64,000 nt of DNA from Myxococcota bacterium (GTDB taxonomy: Bacteria; Myxococcota_A; UBA9160; UBA6930): NCBI GenBank assembly GCA_965223415.1, contig OZ245002.1, forward strand, positions 4,352,001-4,416,000, given 5' to 3'. Within the stretch, counting starts at the first letter, position 1; each line of letters opens with the position of its first letter. Made by a program: the position numbers and the translations under genes. A model generated the notes under the pieces. It was not told the DNA's origin. It did not search any database and saw nothing but the letters and a program-made list of their open reading frames with translations. Below, piece by piece: positions 57,106 to 64,000 of the stretch.

Positions 57106-58818
57106 ATGGCGTATCGCGAGGTCGGCATGTGGGAGATTCTGGAGGTGCTCCGCCGGGCGCACCGAGGCGAGAGCCAGGTGGCGATGGCGCGGGCCACGGG
57201 GCACACGCGCAAGACGATCCGGCGCTACGTGCAAGTCGCCGGGGAGCTGGGCTGGGTCGCCAGGGGGCCGAGGGAGCCGGATGAGGCCCTGGCCCAAGGG
57301 GTGGCGGCTCGGGTGCGGCCTGTGCCCACGCAGCGCGACGCGGGAGAGAGCGAGGCGCAGCTGGCGCCGCATGCCGACCGGATCCGAGCGTGGCTCCAGC
57401 CCGAGGCGGGTGGCCGAGGACTGCGGCTGACGAAGGTCTACGACCTGCTCGGGCGCGAGGGCGTGCGCGTCCCCTACAGCTCGCTCCACCGCTTCGCGGT
57501 CCGCCACTGCGGGTTCCAAGACCGGCGCCGGGTGACGGTGCGCATGGCGGCGGTGGCCCCCGGCGAGCTCGCCGAGGTCGACTTCGGCCGCCTCGGCATG
57601 GTCTGGGATCCGGAGACCGGGCGCCGCCGCACCGTTCATGCCCTGATCGTCACCCTCGTCCATAGCCGCCACCAGTACGTCCACGTGACCTACGGCCAGA
57701 AGCTCCCCGATCTGCTCGAGGGGCTCGAGGACGCCTGGGCGTTCTTCGGCGGGGTCCCGGTGCGCGTGGTGCTGGACAATCTGAAGGCGGCCGTCACGAA
57801 GGCCGACCGCTACGAGCCGATCTTCCAGCGCACCTTCGCCGAGTACGCCCACTACCGCGGCTTCGTCATCGATGCCGCCGTGCCTCGGCATCCCAAGGGC
57901 AAGCCCCACGTCGAGCGCCAGGTGCAGTACGTGCGCGAGCGCTTCTTCCGTGGCGAGCAGTGGCTGGGACGCGACCACGTGCAGCGCGAGGCCGCGCGCT
58001 GGTGCCTGGAGGTCGCCGGCCAGCGCACTCACGGGACGACGCGCAAGAGGCCCCTGGCCGTCTTCGAGAACACGGAGAAGCCGGCTCTGCAGCCCCTCGT
58101 GCGCCCGCGCTTCGATCCGCCCACCTGGGCCGAGGCGAAGGTCCACCCCGACCACCACGTCCAGTTCCAAAAGGCCTTCTACACCGTGCCCACCCGCCAC
58201 GTGGGCAAGCGCGTCTGGGTTCGCGGCGACTCGAAGCTCATCCGCATGTACGTCGACGGCGAGTGCATCAAGACCCACGAGCGCGTGGACCCTGGCTGCC
58301 GCTCCACCGACTACCACGACTATCCGCCCGAGCGTGCCCCCTACGCCATGCGGGACCCGGAAGCGGCGATCCGCCAGGCGCGCGACCAGGGGCCTCACAT
58401 TGGGCGCTTCGCCGAGAAGCTCCTGGCCGGCCCCTTCCCCTGGTCCAAGCTCCGCCAGGCCCAGAAGCTGCTTCGCCTCGGCCACAAGTACGGCCTGCCG
58501 CGCGTCGACGCCGGCTGCCGCAGGGCCCTCGCCTTCGACCTCATCAACACGAAGCGCCTCGAACGCATCGTGGCCGAAGGCATCCAGCCGCTCGGCGACC
58601 CCAGCACCCCCGGACAGCTCCTGCTCCTGCCGCCCCGTTTCCTGCGCCCGCAAGGGCACTTCACCCACCCCAACGACAACCCCGACAAGGAGACCACCCC
58701 CCATGACGACCGAGATCAACCCGTCCCTCAAGACCCTGCTCAAACGCCTGAAGCTCTCGGGCATGCTGGCCACGCTCCCCGATCGCGTGGCCTACACCCG
58801 GAAGACGAAGCTCCCTGA
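57106..58818 (+). CDS. istA: IS21 transposase
   Basis: N-terminal HTH; PGELAEVDFG, FFGGVP, DNLKAAV, KGKPHVER, HGTT; AGGAGG RBS. Confidence 0.93.
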   Translation: MAYREVGMWEILEVLRRAHRGESQVAMARATGHTRKTIRRYVQVAGELGWVARGPREPDEALAQGVAARVRPVPTQRDAGESEAQLAPHADRIRAWLQPEAGGRGLRLTKVYDLLGREGVRVPYSSLHRFAVRHCGFQDRRRVTVRMAAVAPGELAEVDFGRLGMVWDPETGRRRTVHALIVTLVHSRHQYVHVTYGQKLPDLLEGLEDAWAFFGGVPVRVVLDNLKAAVTKADRYEPIFQRTFAEYAHYRGFVIDAAVPRHPKGKPHVERQVQYVRERFFRGEQWLGRDHVQREAARWCLEVAGQRTHGTTRKRPLAVFENTEKPALQPLVRPRFDPPTWAEAKVHPDHHVQFQKAFYTVPTRHVGKRVWVRGDSKLIRMYVDGECIKTHERVDPGCRSTDYHDYPPERAPYAMRDPEAAIRQARDQGPHIGRFAEKLLAGPFPWSKLRQAQKLLRLGHKYGLPRVDAGCRRALAFDLINTKRLERIVAEGIQPLGDPSTPGQLLLLPPRFLRPQGHFTHPNDNPDKETTPHDDRDQPVPQDPAQTPEALGHAGHAPRSRGLHPEDEAP

Positions 58819-59509
58819 GCTCGACCTCCTGGAGCTCGTCCTTCAGGACGAAGTCGATCGCCGCGACCACAAGAACCTCGAGACGCGCCTTTCCCGCGCC
58901 GGCTTCGAGGAAGAGCAGACCCTCGAGGCCTTCGACTGGGATGCCCCCGTCACCTTCGATCGCGATCGCGTGAAGGACCTCTTCTCCCTCGGCTTCCTCG
59001 AGCGCCACGAGGACGTCATCCTGCTCGGCCCCGTGGGCGTGGGCAAGACCTTCCTGGCCTCCGCCCTGGGACACGCCGCCTGCCGGGCCGGGCACCACGT
59101 CCTCTTCCTCCGCGTCGACCGCATGTTCCACTGGCTCCACCAGTCGCGAGCCGACCTCTCGACCGAGAAGGTCTTCCGACGCCTCCTCGCCCCGGACCTC
59201 CTCGTCCTCGACGACTTCGGCCTCCGGCGCCTCTCCGCCGAGCAGTCGAGCGATCTCTACGAGGTCGTCCTCGAACGCCACCGCCGCGCTTCGACGATCG
59301 TCACCAGCAACCGCGCCATCGAGGAATGGATCCCCCTCTTCGACGACCCCATCCTGGCCCAGAGCGCCCTCGACCGCCTCGCCCACAACGCCTACCAGCT
59401 CGTCATCGAGGGCGAGAGCTACCGCAAGCAACAGCGCCCCGGCGAAATGCCGACCCACACCCCCGCCAATCCCCAGCGCCGAAGCCGCCGCCGAACCCGC
59501 GTCCGCTGA
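58703..59509 (+). CDS. istB: IS21 helper AAA+ ATPase
   Basis: GPVGVGKT Walker A, LLVLDDFG Walker B, TSNR, LDRLAH, GESYR. Confidence 0.95.
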   Translation: MTTEINPSLKTLLKRLKLSGMLATLPDRVAYTRKTKLPELDLLELVLQDEVDRRDHKNLETRLSRAGFEEEQTLEAFDWDAPVTFDRDRVKDLFSLGFLERHEDVILLGPVGVGKTFLASALGHAACRAGHHVLFLRVDRMFHWLHQSRADLSTEKVFRRLLAPDLLVLDDFGLRRLSAEQSSDLYEVVLERHRRASTIVTSNRAIEEWIPLFDDPILAQSALDRLAHNAYQLVIEGESYRKQQRPGEMPTHTPANPQRRSRRRTRVR

Positions 59510-59602
59510 CGCCAAACAAGGAGCGTGCTACCTCATCCACCGGCCCGGGACCCATGGGTCAACCCCGTGAGAATACCTGGGTCATGCCCGCGGGAATCGA
59601 CA

Positions 59603-60155
59603 CTGTGACGATCTCGATGGCCTCGAGGAACGCATTCTGGCCTGCGGCGAGAAGGCCGATTGGGCGAGCGACGACGAGGCCAAGGAGCGGGGCGCTGGGC
59701 GCCTGCTTCGAACGGTGGACTCGGAGGGACTCGTCGTCGAGATCGCGGACGCCACGGCATCGCACCATTCGTACGAGGCCCCGCATCACGAACAGACCTA
59801 CAAGACGGGTCGACTCGGCGTCGGCCACTTCTCGTTTCAGTCCGCCGATCTCGACCGCCTCGAGCGGTTCTACGTCGATGCCCTCGGACTCGAGATCACC
59901 GACTACAACGACTTGAACCTGATGACGGGCGTCCGGGTGCGGGTCGGCTTCTACCGGGCGAACCCGAGGCATCACTCCGCGGGGTGCGCGAGCTTCGGAA
60001 TCCCGAGCCGGCAACGCCTGCACCACTTCTTCCTCGAGCTGCCCGATCACGATGCCGTCTGGGGACACCGGATGCCGGCTGCACAGAAGCTGCGCATGCT
60101 TCCGACCGTCGCGCGGGCCGCGGCGGGCCAGCTCCGAGCGCGATTCTCGGGTTAG
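59603..60155 (+). pseudogene. 3' fragment of the extradiol dioxygenase, C-terminus lost
   Basis: In-frame continuation after removing the IS: CDDLDGLEERI...GRLGVGH...FYVDALG...NPRHHS...RLHHFFLE; the LGRH/SFY/EYG region is absent. Confidence 0.75.
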
Positions 60156-60223
60156 GCCCGAGGCGGCACGATGACGAACCCCCAGCCACCCAAACAGCCA
60201 TCGAAGACAGGAAGAAGACGGAA

Positions 60224-60670
60224 ATGAGAGCGACGCTCAGTCCCGAAGCCACCTTGACTCTCGAAGAAGCCAACACGATGGCGAGCGCCGCCATCGCCGA
60301 AGCGCGGCGGCTGGAGCTCGCTCCGACTTCGGTCGCGGTACTCGATGCGGCCGGGACGACGAAGGCGATTCAGACCGAGGATCGGGTGGTGCTGATGAGG
60401 CCCCAGATCGCCACGGCGAAGGCCTGGGGCTGCCTCGGCCTCGGCTTCTCGACCCGCTCCTTCACGGGCATGGCAGAGGGCATGGGTCCGCTCTTCCAGA
60501 CCTTCCGCGCCCTCGCCGACGATCGGATCGTCCCGTCGCCCGGAGGCGTGCTGATCTCCCGCGACGGCGTTCTGGTGGGCGGGATCGGCGTCTCCGGCGA
60601 CACCGGCCCCAACGACGAGCTCTGCGCGATTGCGGGCGTCGAGGCGTCTGGCCTCGTCGCGCAGCTCTAG
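60224..60670 (+). CDS. GlcG/HbpS-family heme-binding protein
   Basis: VAVLDAAG, IATAKAW, PGGVLI, VGGIGVSG...DELCA.AG. Confidence 0.88.
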   Translation: MRATLSPEATLTLEEANTMASAAIAEARRLELAPTSVAVLDAAGTTKAIQTEDRVVLMRPQIATAKAWGCLGLGFSTRSFTGMAEGMGPLFQTFRALADDRIVPSPGGVLISRDGVLVGGIGVSGDTGPNDELCAIAGVEASGLVAQL

Positions 60671-60694
60671 CGGGGCCGACCGGGGGACCTGGGC

Positions 60695-61328
60695 ATGCCC
60701 ATTCGCGAAGCGACGGATCCCGAGATCCGCTCCATGACGGGAATCCACCTGTACCACTTCTTCCTGTCGAATCGCGCTCAGCGTGTCTCCCTGACGCTGG
60801 CAGAGAAGGGGCTCGAGTTCACGCCGCACTCCGTCAACCTGCTGACCGGGGCGAACTCCAAGGACGACTACTTCAGGATCAATCCCGCCGGTCTCGTGCC
60901 CGCCCTGGTCCACGACGGTGTGGTGATCACGGAGTCGGGAGATGGCAGAGTTCCACCAACAGGCGACCGCCGGTTTCCCGGAGGCCCGGATTGTCGCTGC
61001 AGAAAGGGATCTGTTCGCGTTCTTCGACCGACTCGAGTCCGAGCTCGGCCAACATCGATGGCTGGTCGGAGACGAATACTCCTACGCTGACATTGCCTGG
61101 TTCGTGCAGTATTTCCTGATGTGGCGCACCGGCATGGTCGACTTCGTGAACTACCCCAACCTTCGTCGCTGGGCCGCGGAGATCATGCGCAGGCCGTCCT
61201 TCGAGCGGGGCATCAGACAGCTGCAATCTTGGTACTCCCCGAACGCCTGCAAGGTACTGAAGATCAGGTCGCGCATTCGGCGGGGCGGACCGATGCCGAA
61301 GCAGGCAAGGGCGCCCGTCGCGGGGTAG
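60695..61328 (+). pseudogene. Glutathione S-transferase with internal deletion and frameshift
   Basis: N-domain INPAGLVPALVHDGVVITES ends at about 60935; C-domain WLVGDEYSYADIAW...YPNL..W...RPSF follows in another frame. Confidence 0.8.
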
Positions 61329-61380
61329 GGGGATCTGCCGGGCCGGCATCTGGCTCGGTCGCCTCGAGCGGCCGCGGGTC

Positions 61381-62460
61381 TCAGATGCCGCTCACCCCGG
61401 CGCCAAGGCGCCTCATGTCCTCCAGAAGGCGCCTTGGATCGACCGCACACCCCATGTAGTGCAGGCCGGGCCGTCGGATCGAGCCATCGAGGAGCTGCAA
61501 CAAGCAGGCGACCAGCGGAATCGCCGTGATCTCGTATCCGTCCTCGTGGGAGACGAGCAGATCGAGACGGCGCGGGGCTCCGTCGCCGCTGCCCTCGGCC
61601 TCGAGCTTGATCCGGACGCCGTGGGGCGCTCTCGTGAAGCGACGATTCGCCCGCACCATGAGCCTCGCACAGGCCCGAACCGCGCTGTCGAACCGTCCGA
61701 GTCCCGTCGTCGCGAACGTCATGAGCAGCAGATCGACGACCGGGTTGACGCCAGCCACGTAGGCCGCGAGGCGTTCCATTCCGAGCTGTTCGGGCAGCTC
61801 TCGCAGCTCGATCAGATCCGTCGGGAAACATCGATGCGTGCCGAATGGATCGCCGAAATCGAAGCTTCGGGTCGCCATGAGGCTCGCCCTCCGCCAGCCC
61901 CCGGCCTCGTGAACGGAAGCCGGGGTTGCCACCTGTCGCACCATGTCGAGTGCAGAACCCAGCGCGCTGTCGGACTCCTTGATCAGGGCCGAGACAGCAG
62001 CTGCGCGAACCTCTCCGAGGCGATCCGCTGCGAGCCGTACCAGGGCCGACGGCAACCCGGGCAGCGCTCCGGCCTCCGTCACAAAGCAGCGACCGGACTG
62101 CTCGATCCTGGGCGTGAGGAGCTGGAGCGCCTGGGCCTTGAGCGGACCCAGGCTGATGTCGATCCAGTCGATGCCAGCCTCGATCGCGGTCTGGGCCACG
62201 CCGTGCGCGATTCCTTCGAGGGGAATGCAGACGATGATGAGATCGCACCCTTCCAACCCCGCTCCAAGGGATGCCGTGTCGTTGGCGTCGACCTGCGCCG
62301 CACCCACGCGATCAGACCCGAGCTCGGCCGCCGCCGCGCTCGCCTGCTTCGCATCTCGGCCGGCGAGGGTAACGTCGAGTGAAGTCTCGCGAAGCAGCAG
62401 CCGCGCAATGGCCCGTCCCGCAGCACCGTACCCTCCGAGAATCAGCGCTTTGTCTGCCAA
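61381..62460 (-). CDS. Saccharopine dehydrogenase-like NAD(P)-binding oxidoreductase
   Basis: ILGGYGAAG, LAGRD, EAGALPGLP; AGGAG before TTG. Confidence 0.85.
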   Translation of the reverse strand: MADKALILGGYGAAGRAIARLLLRETSLDVTLAGRDAKQASAAAAELGSDRVGAAQVDANDTASLGAGLEGCDLIIVCIPLEGIAHGVAQTAIEAGIDWIDISLGPLKAQALQLLTPRIEQSGRCFVTEAGALPGLPSALVRLAADRLGEVRAAAVSALIKESDSALGSALDMVRQVATPASVHEAGGWRRASLMATRSFDFGDPFGTHRCFPTDLIELRELPEQLGMERLAAYVAGVNPVVDLLLMTFATTGLGRFDSAVRACARLMVRANRRFTRAPHGVRIKLEAEGSGDGAPRRLDLLVSHEDGYEITAIPLVACLLQLLDGSIRRPGLHYMGCAVDPRRLLEDMRRLGAGVSGI

Positions 62461-62593
62461 GGTCTCGCTCCTGCGTTGGTGACGCCCTCACGCTCCGTCC
62501 CGACTGCAGGCGTCGCGGAGTGAGAGGATGGTATCCGATTCCCCGGAGCCCCTGGAGCAAGTCGCCACGGATGCCTTCGCGCACGCGCAAGGC

Positions 62594-63835
<1,242 letters not shown>

Positions 63836-63869
63836 GGGGGCTCCTGGGTCGCGGGGTGAACACGCCTGG

Positions 63870-63885
63870 AGCAAAGGGCGTGCCG
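63870..63885 (-). promoter_or_regulatory. Putative sigma-54 (-24/-12) promoter
   Basis: Minus strand reads CGGCACG-CCCT-TTGCT, with correct GG-N10-GC spacing, about 35 nt upstream of the activator ATG. Confidence 0.6.
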
Positions 63886-64000
63886 GGGCTGCGCTCCTCT
63901 CCGCGCGTGCGGGCGCCGAGGTGGCCAGGACCGGCCGGCCGGGGCCGGCCCTGGCCATGCGAACACGCGGTCTCGCGCGCCGGGTAGGGGCCAGCGAGCC

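Larger units (their letters stand above)
56942..59602 (+). mobile_element. Complete IS21-family insertion sequence
   Basis: TGTC...GACA ends; 7-bp target duplication CTGTGAC (56935-56941, 59603-59609); 17-bp repeats TTTCTCACGRGCATGAC at 56947, 56970 and 57004, with inverted degenerate copies at 59558 and 59581. Confidence 0.95.

Overview
Very GC-rich bacterial chromosomal window. The gene content (PEP-CTERM, DUF1302-like barrel, sigma-54 activator, GlnRS) suggests a diderm, possibly Myxococcota-like; this is an inference. Left to right: (i) housekeeping prs and glnS, an esterase, a hemerythrin-like gene, a beta-helix/diheme cytochrome fusion and a Rieske-glutamate-synthase-like gene; (ii) a cobalamin-binding radical SAM gene, followed by an accessory patch (orphan Cys/Asp-rich secreted protein, complete IS1380 element, two pseudogenes); (iii) a ~19 kb two-armed cell-envelope glycosylation cluster (18349-37207) with a second, closely paralogous radical SAM, GT-C, GT2 and GT4 transferases, a flippase, two FAD oxidoreductases, a deacetylase and a HAD-UbiA phosphoribosyltransferase; (iv) a divergent pair of partly degenerate RNA-processing enzymes; (v) a PEP-CTERM / TPR-beta-barrel / FecR-domain triad; (vi) a perfect 37-bp palindrome, typA, pcm and a giant Cys-rich DUF1302-like barrel; (vii) a decaying catabolic patch with a complete IS21 element inserted in an extradiol dioxygenase; (viii) a sigma-54 activator preceded by a -24/-12 promoter motif. 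No rRNA, tRNA or CRISPR array was seen. The best candidate for an undescribed system is the twin radical SAM plus lipid-linked glycan cluster. All family calls are from motif recognition by eye, not database searches.
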